This document shows, piece after piece, positions 48,209-57,121 of a stretch of DNA of 64,000 bases (its first letter is position 1; the number at the start of each line of letters is the position of its first letter). The stretch lies in contig JBFXLE010000009.1 in the NCBI GenBank assembly GCA_050173015.1, positions 32,001 to 96,000 of the forward strand, written 5' to 3'. Position numbers and translations under genes: made by a program. This DNA comes from Calditrichaceae bacterium (GTDB lineage Bacteria > Calditrichota > Calditrichia > Calditrichales > JBFXGD01). The notes beneath the pieces were generated by a model. It had not been told where the DNA came from. It worked only from the letters and a program-made list of their open reading frames with translations, and did no database searches.

Positions 48209-50881
48209 ATGTCAGAAAAATTTGTTTATAAATTCGGGGCAGGAAAAGCAGACGGTAACGCGGGTATGAAGTTATTACTCGGCGGAAAAGGTGCGAATCT
48301 TGCTGAAATGTCTAATCTGGACGTCCCTGTACCACCGGGATTTACCATATCAACGGAAGTTTGTACTACATTTTACGCAAACGACGGAAAATATACCGAT
48401 GATGTTAAGAAACAGGTGATGGAAGGTGTGAAACACATCGAAAAAGAAATGGATTCTGTTTTTGGTGATTCAAAAAATCCTCTTCTGGTGTCTGTTCGGT
48501 CAGGCGCGCCTGCTTCGATGCCGGGTATGATGGATACTGTTCTCAATCTGGGTTTAAACGATGAGACGGTTAAAGGAATTATCGAACAATCCGGTAACGA
48601 GAGATTTGGATGGGATTCATACCGCCGTTTTGTACAGATGTATGGTGATGTGGTGATGGGTATGAAACCGGAATCGAAAGAAGAGGAAGATCCGTTCGAG
48701 GTGATTATCGATGAAGTCAAAGAAAAACGAAATGTGACGAATGATACCGATTTAACGGCGGATGACTTAAAAGAATTGGTTTCACTTTTCAAGGCAGAAA
48801 TCAAAAAAAGAACGGGCTCCGAATTCCCCACCGATCCCTGGGTCCAGTTATGGGGTTCCGTCAGCGCGGTTTTTGGGAGCTGGAATAATAATCGGGCGAT
48901 TACCTACAGAAAACTTAATAACATCCCGGCGGACTGGGGAACAGCAGTCAATGTCCAGGCGATGGTCTTTGGAAATATGGGCGATGATTGCGCCACAGGC
49001 GTTGCTTTCACCCGTGACCCTGCCACCGGAGAAAAAAAATTTTACGGTGAGTATCTGATCAATGCCCAGGGTGAAGATGTTGTGGCCGGAATCAGGACGC
49101 CGCAGCCGGTTAATGAATCGACAAAGAGTGATCCAACCCATAAAACACTTCAGGAAGTAATGCCGACAGCTTACGCTGAACTCGAATCGATTTACAAAAA
49201 TCTTGAAAATCATTACAAGGAAATGCAGGATATCGAGTTTACGATCCAGAGAGGACGTTTATGGATGCTCCAGACACGCACGGGTAAACGTACCGCTGCC
49301 GCCGCTGTGCGTATTGCCGTTGAGATGGTGGATGAAGGCATGATTGACAAGAAAACAGCTTTAAAAAGAATTGAACCAAATCAGCTGAATCAGTTACTCC
49401 ATCCAACATTTGATCCAAAAGCGAGCAAAACTGTCATTGCGAAAGGGTTGCCCGCCTCTCCCGGAGCGGCGACTGGACGTATCGTGTTCCATGCGGATGA
49501 TGCTGAAGAATGGGCAGAACGTGGAGAATCTGTTATTCTCGTAAGAATTGAAACATCGCCGGAAGATATCGGCGGTATGAATGTTGCCAAGGGTATTCTA
49601 ACGGCCCGCGGCGGTATGACCTCACACGCGGCTGTGGTGGCGCGTGGAATGGGTAAGTGCTGCGTCGCCGGTAGCGGTGCATTGAGAATCAACTATAAAG
49701 AACAAACGATGACCGTGGACGGCAACGTTTATAAAAAGGGCGACTGGATTTCGCTCGACGGATCATTAGGTGAAGTAATTGAAGGAAAAGTACCCACTAC
49801 CCAACCGGAACTTTCGGGTAACTTTGGCAAATTAATGTCATGGGCTGATGAGGTAAGAAGATTAAAAATACGCACCAACGCGGATACTCCGCATGATGCC
49901 GGTGTGGCCCGCGATTTTGGCGCTGAAGGTATCGGTTTATGCCGTACCGAACACATGTTCTTTGAAGGTGATCGGATCAAGGCGGTCCGGGAAATGATTT
50001 TGGCGGAAGATGAGGCCGGAAGACGCAAGGCGCTTGATAAATTGCTTCCTTATCAAAGAGATGATTTCTATGGAATTTTTAAGGCAATGCATGGACTGCC
50101 TGTGACCGTAAGAACGCTTGATCCACCCCTGCATGAGTTCCTGCCTCACGATGATGATAATCAAGCGGAGATGGCCAAAGAGATGGGAATCAGCCTGGAA
50201 GAAGTCAAGGCGAAAGTTGATGCTCTTCATGAGTTTAACCCGATGCTTGGTCATCGTGGCTGCCGTCTTGGCATATCCTATCCTGAAATTACTGAAATGC
50301 AGGCCCGCGCTATTCTGGAAGCTGCCTGTCAGCTAACAAAGGAAGGCATTGAAGTTTATCCGGAGATCATGATTCCTCTGATTGGAACGAAGGCTGAACT
50401 GGCAAATCAAAAACAGGTGGTAGTAAGAGTTGCCGAAGAAGTTCAGAAGGAGATGAATGTTAAAGTCGCCTATTTGGTAGGAACGATGATTGAAATCCCG
50501 AGAGCCGCGCTCACGGCGAACGAAGTAGCCGAAGAAGCGGAATTTTTCTCATTTGGTACCAACGATCTTACACAGATGGCTTTCGGATTTAGTCGTGATG
50601 ACGCCGGAAAATTCCTGAAAGAATATGAGGATAAAAAAATCCTGCCGCAGGATCCGTTCCAGACCCTCGATCAGAGTGGTGTCGGACAGCTCGTTGAAAT
50701 GGGCCTGAAAAAAGGACGTCAAACCAAACCGGATCTGAAGGTCGGGATTTGCGGTGAACACGGCGGCGATCCAAAATCCATTGAGTTCTGTCACCGGGTG
50801 GGATTGAACTATGTAAGTTGTTCTCCTTACCGTGTACCAATAGCGCGTCTGGCAGCCGCTCAGGCCGCTCTGGATAAATAG
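48209..50881 (+). CDS. ppdK: Pyruvate, phosphate dikinase
   Basis: [17 protein letters not shown], phospho-His motif [29 protein letters not shown]; 890 aa. Confidence 0.98.
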   Translation: MSEKFVYKFGAGKADGNAGMKLLLGGKGANLAEMSNLDVPVPPGFTISTEVCTTFYANDGKYTDDVKKQVMEGVKHIEKEMDSVFGDSKNPLLVSVRSGAPASMPGMMDTVLNLGLNDETVKGIIEQSGNERFGWDSYRRFVQMYGDVVMGMKPESKEEEDPFEVIIDEVKEKRNVTNDTDLTADDLKELVSLFKAEIKKRTGSEFPTDPWVQLWGSVSAVFGSWNNNRAITYRKLNNIPADWGTAVNVQAMVFGNMGDDCATGVAFTRDPATGEKKFYGEYLINAQGEDVVAGIRTPQPVNESTKSDPTHKTLQEVMPTAYAELESIYKNLENHYKEMQDIEFTIQRGRLWMLQTRTGKRTAAAAVRIAVEMVDEGMIDKKTALKRIEPNQLNQLLHPTFDPKASKTVIAKGLPASPGAATGRIVFHADDAEEWAERGESVILVRIETSPEDIGGMNVAKGILTARGGMTSHAAVVARGMGKCCVAGSGALRINYKEQTMTVDGNVYKKGDWISLDGSLGEVIEGKVPTTQPELSGNFGKLMSWADEVRRLKIRTNADTPHDAGVARDFGAEGIGLCRTEHMFFEGDRIKAVREMILAEDEAGRRKALDKLLPYQRDDFYGIFKAMHGLPVTVRTLDPPLHEFLPHDDDNQAEMAKEMGISLEEVKAKVDALHEFNPMLGHRGCRLGISYPEITEMQARAILEAACQLTKEGIEVYPEIMIPLIGTKAELANQKQVVVRVAEEVQKEMNVKVAYLVGTMIEIPRAALTANEVAEEAEFFSFGTNDLTQMAFGFSRDDAGKFLKEYEDKKILPQDPFQTLDQSGVGQLVEMGLKKGRQTKPDLKVGICGEHGGDPKSIEFCHRVGLNYVSCSPYRVPIARLAAAQAALDK

Positions 50882-50893
50882 CTGATTCAACAA

Positions 50894-50926
50894 AAAAGCC
50901 ACCGTTTTTGACGGTGGCTTTTATTT
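50894..50926 (+). terminator. Intrinsic terminator after ppdK
   Basis: AAAAGCCACCGT-TTTTG-ACGGTGGCTTTT followed by ATTT. Confidence 0.85.
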
Positions 50927-51064
50927 CGTCGAGGAAACTTCCAGGTTTCAGGAAATTAATCAGTATCCTGCCTGAAAATTTCCTCTTTTTTTTTATTCAT
51001 TATAATTATTATCTTATAATGTAGTTGTGATCACTCGCACGTAAGAGTAGAAAAATTGTAATTT

Positions 51065-52054
51065 ATGAAAAAAATTCTCCTTGTCCACACCGGCGGGACC
51101 TTTGGAATGGTGCCCGCGGAGCCGAAAAGTATCCTGGCGCCCGGAAATTTTCAAAGCCAGATCCTGATAAATGTTCCGGAAATTGTCCGTATCGCGGATA
51201 TAGATGTTGAAATACCATTCAATCTTGACAGTTCCAATATCGGGATCAATGAATGGCAAATTCTCACAGAGTTAATTCACGCGAGAATGGACGAATATGA
51301 TGGGTTTGTTATCATCCATGGCACAGATACAATGGTTTACACGGCGGCAGCCCTTTCATTTACTTTGAGAAATCTCAATAAACCGGTGATCCTTACCGGG
51401 GCGCAGCGTCCATTGTCAAAATTGCGCTCCGATGCCAGGACAAACCTGATCGATGCCGTGGAACTGGCTACTCTGGATATTTTTGAAGTGCTTATCGTTT
51501 TCGGTCAAAAGATTGTTAGGGGCAGCAGGGCAAAAAAAGTGAGTATCAGCAGCTATGACGCGTTTGAATCGCCTAATTTTCCTTTAATAGGGGAAATAGG
51601 TCTCAAGATCAAGTTAAACCAACTGCTTTTGTACAAATCCGTTGAAAAATACAGTTTTCTTCCCGGTTTCAAACAAAAAGCGCTGATTATAAATATCGTG
51701 CCTTCACTGAATCCCAAATATTATTTTCCTTTGTTGGAAAATGACTTGGAGGCATTTATTCTGGCCGGTTTTGGAGCCGGTAATCTCCCAAATACGTCGC
51801 CGGATTGGATACCGTTTATACAAAACGCGACAAAGCTGGGCAAATCAGTTTTTATCTGTAGCAATTCAATGCATGGTTCTGTAGATTTATCATTGTATGA
51901 AAGCGGTCAGAAAGCGCTTGAAGCGGGCGCGGTGGGGCTTGGTGATATGACAATTGAATCAGCCTATGTAAAATTATTGAAAATACTGAATATAACGGAT
52001 ATCCCGGGAGAAATAGTAACTCTCATGAATGAAAACTGGGCGGGTGAAATCTAA
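51065..52054 (+). CDS. ansA: Type I (cytoplasmic) L-asparaginase
   Basis: HTGGTFGM and HGTDTM catalytic Thr motifs, LTGAQRP, GFGAGN; no signal peptide. Confidence 0.92.
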   Translation: MKKILLVHTGGTFGMVPAEPKSILAPGNFQSQILINVPEIVRIADIDVEIPFNLDSSNIGINEWQILTELIHARMDEYDGFVIIHGTDTMVYTAAALSFTLRNLNKPVILTGAQRPLSKLRSDARTNLIDAVELATLDIFEVLIVFGQKIVRGSRAKKVSISSYDAFESPNFPLIGEIGLKIKLNQLLLYKSVEKYSFLPGFKQKALIINIVPSLNPKYYFPLLENDLEAFILAGFGAGNLPNTSPDWIPFIQNATKLGKSVFICSNSMHGSVDLSLYESGQKALEAGAVGLGDMTIESAYVKLLKILNITDIPGEIVTLMNENWAGEI

Positions 52055-52055
52055 C

Positions 52056-52985
52056 ATGTGGCATATTTTCAGGAAAGAATACGCGAAAGTTGTTTTCTCA
52101 TCAGATTACATTTATGGACTTCCCACTTCAGGCGATCATCAAACTTTTGATATCATGAAGTACAAAAAGATAAGAGATAAGTTGGTCGCGAAAAAACTGT
52201 TGAAAAGAAGAAATGTCCTGCGGCCTGATTTGTGTTCATATGAGGATCTTAAACTTGTTCATACGGAAAAATACCTGAAATCTTTGCAGGATCCGCAAAA
52301 TGTCAGTCAAATTCTGAAGCTCGGAATTGTTAATCCCTGGGACAATTTTATATTGGAATATTTCAGGGCTGTGACAGGCGGTACCTTAATGGCGACGGCT
52401 TATGCTCTGAAATGGAACAAGCCGACATTTAATCTGGGCGGTGGATACCATCATGCGCACCCGGACAAGGCGGAGGGATTCTGCCTGATCAACGATGTCG
52501 CGATTGCCATACAGAAATTCCGGCATTTGCACCGCGCCAGGAAATTTATGATTATTGATCTTGATTACCATCAGGGGAACGGCAATTTACTTTATTTTAA
52601 GGACGATCCCGATGTTTTCACATTTTCCATGCACGCGAATACCTGGGTGGAGATCGAAGGAAGGTGGAATCAGGATATTCTGCTTCCCGAAAACTGTGAC
52701 GATGACACATATCTTGAAATTCTCGAGCAGCAATTATCGGAATCATGCATGGCTTTCAAACCGGACGCGGTCTTCTACATTGCCGGGTCCGATCCGTATG
52801 AAAAGGATATGCTCGCGGATATGAAATTAACGCGCGAAGGAATGCTGAAAAGAAACCTGTATGTGTATCGAAAAGTGAGAAAACGGAATATACCTTTGAT
52901 TGTGATAGCCGGAGGAGGCTATGGAGCGGATAGCTGGGAAGTATATTATGATTTTCTTGAATACTGTTTACAAAATAAATATTGA
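52056..52985 (+). CDS. Zn-dependent histone deacetylase-family (AcuC/AphA-like) deacylase
   Basis: GGGYHHA, GFCLINDVAIA, DLDYHQGNG, AGSDP, GGGY. ATG 52056, just after the ansA stop, is preferred over 52029. Confidence 0.92.
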   Translation: MWHIFRKEYAKVVFSSDYIYGLPTSGDHQTFDIMKYKKIRDKLVAKKLLKRRNVLRPDLCSYEDLKLVHTEKYLKSLQDPQNVSQILKLGIVNPWDNFILEYFRAVTGGTLMATAYALKWNKPTFNLGGGYHHAHPDKAEGFCLINDVAIAIQKFRHLHRARKFMIIDLDYHQGNGNLLYFKDDPDVFTFSMHANTWVEIEGRWNQDILLPENCDDDTYLEILEQQLSESCMAFKPDAVFYIAGSDPYEKDMLADMKLTREGMLKRNLYVYRKVRKRNIPLIVIAGGGYGADSWEVYYDFLEYCLQNKY

Positions 52986-52997
52986 AATGAATAAAAA

Positions 52998-53900
52998 ATG
53001 AGTTTTAAAATACAAAAAAAATATTGGCAGGTTGCTAAAAAACTAACAACCGCGCAATTACAGAAGGAAAATTCCGACCAGTCTTTCCTGATGGAAGAAG
53101 ATTTTTTTAACATAGATATTGGGAAGAGAGGGCATAGCTTTTTTCTGGGATATTATTCAAAGGCGGGAATTGAACTCGCATTGGAAAAATATGATGTTAA
53201 GAAAATTCTAAAAGAGAAGGGATTCGAAAAACTTGTCCTTAATTTGGATACAAACGATCCCTACAGACACCGGTTAACGGTCTATGATAAGGTTCAGGAA
53301 CCGGACAAAATGCTGTTTGAGCTGATTCTGAAGAAAGAACGGATCCAGATCGATATGCCGTTCAGGACTGACCTAAACGGCAAAACATTTGAGACAATTG
53401 CGATTGAATGGATGTGTATGCAAAATCCATACAAAGATTTCACACCCGAAAAGCCCATATTGCCGGGTCAGCGATTTCCCGGTTTGGGGATGGCCTCAAA
53501 AGCGGTCGAATTGCTCATAATAATTTCCTGGCGCTTGAAGCTGGCCGGCCTGGTGAATATTCCACAGCATTTTCATAATGCCTGCCTCTATTCGAAGGTG
53601 TTTTATTACATAGATCCCCTGGATCAGGCAAAGCTGCTGGCCATGATAAGAGATACAAAAATCTATCCTCTTGAGAAGGTGGCCTGGGCAATGGAGTATG
53701 GAGCTATTACTGATTTGAATACCGGTCAGCCCGCAGAGTGGTTTGTTTCCAAACAAATTATACCGCTTGATTCCCAACTGAAAAAATTATTTAATTCAAG
53801 AGCATACAGGCAACTGGTGAAAAAGGAAGTTCAAAATTATAAATACAAACTGGACATACAAAAATATCTCGATGATGAAAAAAACAGGAGTACCAGATGA
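52998..53900 (+). CDS. Conserved hypothetical protein with GNAT-like acyl-CoA-binding motifs
   Basis: 300-aa ORF inside the operon; QRFPGLGMA fits GNAT motif A (R/Q-x-x-G-x-G/A); HNACLYSKVF resembles motif B. The fold assignment is inference. Confidence 0.6.
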   Translation: MSFKIQKKYWQVAKKLTTAQLQKENSDQSFLMEEDFFNIDIGKRGHSFFLGYYSKAGIELALEKYDVKKILKEKGFEKLVLNLDTNDPYRHRLTVYDKVQEPDKMLFELILKKERIQIDMPFRTDLNGKTFETIAIEWMCMQNPYKDFTPEKPILPGQRFPGLGMASKAVELLIIISWRLKLAGLVNIPQHFHNACLYSKVFYYIDPLDQAKLLAMIRDTKIYPLEKVAWAMEYGAITDLNTGQPAEWFVSKQIIPLDSQLKKLFNSRAYRQLVKKEVQNYKYKLDIQKYLDDEKNRSTR

Positions 53901-54460
53901 AGTTAAAAGCGACACAATTGCGCAAAGGAATGATCATTATATATAACGATGACCTCTATGTTCTTACCGATGTCATGCATGTTACCCCCGGAAAAGGTCA
54001 GGCCTCCGTTCAGACAAAAATGAAAAACATTAAGTCCGGTACCAACGCGGAAAACCGGTTCCGTTCGGATGAGACCGTTGAAAAGGCAAATTTAGAAAAT
54101 CGTGTCATGGAATATCTGTACGATGACGGACAGCATTATTATTTTATGGACAAGGAAACGTTTGAGCAGATTCCTCTTAGCTCAGAATTGTTGGGTGACG
54201 CGCATCTTTACATGCTTCCGAATATTTCAGTAGATGTGAGTTTTTATAATACTGAAGCCATTGGTGTGGATTTACCGAATACAGTGGATCTGAAAGTTGT
54301 TGAGACCGAGCCGACAATGAAAACGGCGACCATCACATCCTCTTATAAACCCGCGACACTGGAAACAGGTCTCAAAGTGCAGGTGCCGCAGTTTATATCG
54401 GAAGGTGAAGTGATCCGAATAGATACGCGTGACGGGAAATATCTCGAAAGAGCAAAATAA
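53897..54460 (+). CDS. efp: Translation elongation factor P
   Basis: HVTPGKGQA loop (Lys33), YFMDKETFEQ, KPATLETG, VPQFI, IDTRDGKYLER; AGGAG RBS. Confidence 0.98.
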   Translation: MKLKATQLRKGMIIIYNDDLYVLTDVMHVTPGKGQASVQTKMKNIKSGTNAENRFRSDETVEKANLENRVMEYLYDDGQHYYFMDKETFEQIPLSSELLGDAHLYMLPNISVDVSFYNTEAIGVDLPNTVDLKVVETEPTMKTATITSSYKPATLETGLKVQVPQFISEGEVIRIDTRDGKYLERAK

Positions 54461-54468
54461 TATTTCTT

Positions 54469-54500
54469 AATACCGGGTGGTAATGCCCGGTATTTTTTTT
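54469..54500 (+). terminator. Intrinsic terminator after efp
   Basis: AATACCGGG-TGGTAATG-CCCGGTATT followed by a T-run. Confidence 0.85.
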
Positions 54501-54611
54501 CCTGAATTCTCAAGATGTGTTCATTTTCTGTGAACTTCATTTGATATCAGAATAATAATGTTTCCGTATAGAATGTAATTTTATCGAAAATATTGAACGG
54601 AAGGCTCTGTT

Positions 54612-55958
54612 ATGTCCCGCTCAACCAAGTCAACCTTTATTTGCGCCGCCTGTGGATATCAAACCCAGCGCTGGTTGGGAAGATGTCCCGAATGCATGAG
54701 CTGGAGCAGTCTGGAAGAACATATCGAAAAAAGCCCGTCAGGCAATAAGGGTGACCGACCAATCCAAGCGGTTGAGCTCATCCCTTTAACGGAAAAAAGA
54801 AACACGAATGAAATTCGTGTGCGGACGGGTATTTCAGAGCTTGATCGAGTACTCGGGGGTGGAATTGTCCAGGGGGCGCTCATCATGATCGGTGGTGATC
54901 CCGGTATCGGAAAGTCCACGATTATGCTGCAAATGTTAAACAAAATTTCGGTCAGACAAAAAAGTGTCTACATTTCGGGCGAGGAGTCTCTTGAACAGAT
55001 ACAGGACCGGGCGGAACGAATTGGATTTGATAACAAGAATATCTTCTTCCTGAGTGAAACAAATATCGAAAATATGACCGGGTTGCTGGAAAAAGAAAAT
55101 CCCGCTCTGGTCATTATCGATTCCATACAAACGGTCAGCAGTGAAGAAATTGATGGCATTCCGGGAAATAGCAGCCAGCTTCGGTACTGTACGGCGAAAC
55201 TGCAATATTTCGCGAAATACAACAACATTCCGGTGTTTATCGTGGGCCATGTGACAAAAGACGGATCCATTGCGGGGCCAAAAATCATTGAACACATGGT
55301 GGACACGGTTCTCTATTTTGAGGGGGACAATAATCATGATTACAGGATACTGCGATGTATCAAAAACCGATTTGGCGCCGTAAATGAGATCGGAATTTTT
55401 CAAATGCAGAAGACCGGACTTGAACCGGTCTCTAATCCTTCTGAATTGTTCTTGAATAGCGGGGAACATGATCGTCAGGGAACCACCGTCATTGCCGTTA
55501 TGGAGGGAAACAGGCCGTTGCTGGTGGAGGTTCAGGCGCTGGTGACAAAAACACAGTTTGGGATGCCGCAGCGGACCTCGACCGGATTTGATCAGCGAAG
55601 GATTAATCTTTTACTTGCCGTGCTGGAGAAAAAATACGGCAAACCCTTTGGATTTCATGATGTCTTTATCAAAACTGCCGGCGGATTACGCATTGATGAA
55701 CCGGCCGCGGATCTGGGTATTTGCATGGCCTTGTTATCCAGCCTCCAGGAAAAGACGACTGATCACCAGACTGTATTTATCGGCGAGGTTGGATTAAATG
55801 GCGAACTCCGCGGTGTGAGTTCTCTTCAGGAGCGCGTTAGTGAAGCCGAAAAGCTGGGATTTAAAAACATCGTTATCCCGCGAGTAAAGAAATCTCCCGC
55901 AGTAAAAAAATCAAAACTTTATCAAATCTCGAAATTGGATGAAGTTTTCAACCACTAA
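54612..55958 (+). CDS. radA: DNA repair protein RadA/Sms
   Basis: Zn finger CAAC...CPEC, Walker A GDPGIGKST, KNRFG motif, Lon-like C-terminus. Confidence 0.98.
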   Translation: MSRSTKSTFICAACGYQTQRWLGRCPECMSWSSLEEHIEKSPSGNKGDRPIQAVELIPLTEKRNTNEIRVRTGISELDRVLGGGIVQGALIMIGGDPGIGKSTIMLQMLNKISVRQKSVYISGEESLEQIQDRAERIGFDNKNIFFLSETNIENMTGLLEKENPALVIIDSIQTVSSEEIDGIPGNSSQLRYCTAKLQYFAKYNNIPVFIVGHVTKDGSIAGPKIIEHMVDTVLYFEGDNNHDYRILRCIKNRFGAVNEIGIFQMQKTGLEPVSNPSELFLNSGEHDRQGTTVIAVMEGNRPLLVEVQALVTKTQFGMPQRTSTGFDQRRINLLLAVLEKKYGKPFGFHDVFIKTAGGLRIDEPAADLGICMALLSSLQEKTTDHQTVFIGEVGLNGELRGVSSLQERVSEAEKLGFKNIVIPRVKKSPAVKKSKLYQISKLDEVFNH

Positions 55959-56136
55959 AAATTTACATCCGGCCGCCCCCGGCAATATATCCTAATTGTA
56001 TGATGTCATTATGGCGCACTAATAAGACATTTGTTCCGATAAATTGAAATACTGACATGTTTACTGTCTTGACAATTTTTAATGTGAGTATTGTTAAATT
56101 GATTAATAATAGGCATTTATCAATATATTTGCGACT

Positions 56137-56153
56137 TTGGCACGCATATTGTC
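56137..56153 (+). promoter_or_regulatory. Sigma54-like promoter upstream of hsp20
   Basis: TTGGCAC-GCATA-TTGTC versus consensus TGGCAC-N5-TTGC (-12 C replaced by T). Confidence 0.55.
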
Positions 56154-56209
56154 TAATATAATATCAAACTAATGATAATTGATAGATAATATCAGTAAAG
56201 GGAGGCAGT

Positions 56210-56644
56210 ATGAATATGTTAAAATTAAATCCGATCGGAAATTATATTTCACCGTCGCGTCAAAATGAGCACATATTAAATGATTTTTTTGGTACAGAAG
56301 TCGGTGATAGTCGTTTTCAGGATTTCCAGCCACCGGTGAATGTGCTGGAAAACGATGACGCGTTTATTATGACTTTTGAAATTCCGGGTATTGCAAAAAA
56401 GGATGTGAATATTACTTTTAAAGATGATGTGTTATCTGTCAGCGGAGAGAAAAAAATCGACAATAAAGCTGACAAAGCGGTTTTCCATCGCTTTGAAAGA
56501 AAAAATGGCAAATTCCAACGAGCATTTTACATCAATGAAAAAATTGACCCGGAAGGTATCGACGCATCCTTCAGAGACGGAATTCTGACGATAGTATTAC
56601 CCAAAGCGGAAGAAGCGAAACCGAGAGAAATCAAAGTAAATTAA
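56210..56644 (+). CDS. Small heat-shock protein (Hsp20/alpha-crystallin)
   Basis: PPVNVLE, EIPGI, LSVSGEK, FERKNGKFQRAF, ASFRDGILTIVLPK, C-terminal IKV; GGAGG RBS. Confidence 0.96.
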   Translation: MNMLKLNPIGNYISPSRQNEHILNDFFGTEVGDSRFQDFQPPVNVLENDDAFIMTFEIPGIAKKDVNITFKDDVLSVSGEKKIDNKADKAVFHRFERKNGKFQRAFYINEKIDPEGIDASFRDGILTIVLPKAEEAKPREIKVN

Positions 56645-56666
56645 TATCATTTTATTGAATTCAAAG

Positions 56667-56695
56667 AAAAGCAGGTCATTGTACCTGCTTTTTTT
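56667..56695 (+). terminator. Intrinsic terminator after hsp20
   Basis: AAAAGCAGGT-CATTGT-ACCTGCTTTTTTT. Confidence 0.85.
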
Positions 56696-56821
56696 GTTTA
56701 TAAATCGGAAAAGTTGAGTCATGATTAAAATTAGTTGCGGAATATAAACCTATTTATGTAACTTAATAGCAATATAATCATAAACTTTAGATGATGTTCA
56801 ACTAATGGCAAAGGAAATTAT

Positions 56822-56974
56822 ATGAACTTTGGGTTAACCGAATTAATCATCATTTTTGCAATTATTATTCTTTTATTCGGAGCAAAAAGGCTGCCTGATC
56901 TGGCGAAAAGCCTTGGATCCAGTATCAAACAGTTCAAAAAAGGCGCCAGTGAAGACGATGAGGAAGAAAAATAA
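56822..56974 (+). CDS. tatA: Twin-arginine translocase TatA/E subunit (50 aa)
   Basis: Hand translation [52 protein letters not shown] helix, FG hinge, amphipathic helix; AAGGA RBS. Confidence 0.93.
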   Translation: MNFGLTELIIIFAIIILLFGAKRLPDLAKSLGSSIKQFKKGASEDDEEEK

Positions 56975-57045
56975 AACGACATCTGTCGTTCTGGCATAAT
57001 TTACTAATCAATCCTTCCTGAAATACATTCCTGTATACTCAACAG

Positions 57046-57058
57046 AATCAATAAGTTA
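57046..57058 (+). promoter_or_regulatory. IHF-like site upstream of the clpB sigma54 promoter
   Basis: AATCAATAAGTTA matches WATCAANNNNTTR exactly. Confidence 0.5.
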
Positions 57059-57072
57059 CGTGTTTAATTCGA

Positions 57073-57089
57073 TTGGCATTGTTATTGCA
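57073..57089 (+). promoter_or_regulatory. Sigma54-type (-24/-12) promoter upstream of clpB
   Basis: TTGGCAT-TGTTA-TTGCA, with GG and GC at canonical spacing. Confidence 0.7.
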
Positions 57090-57121
57090 GCTCCTGAAAA
57101 TAAACTATTATGGAGGTTGGA

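Noticed and set aside
51026-51041. TGTGA-N6-GCACG, a CRP-like site upstream of ansA
   Set aside because: The second half-site is a poor match, and such matches are expected by chance.
56137-56160. CIRCE (HrcA) element upstream of hsp20
   Set aside because: TTGGCACGC resembles the left arm, but the right arm GAGTGCTAA is not present at N9 spacing; a sigma54 reading fits better.
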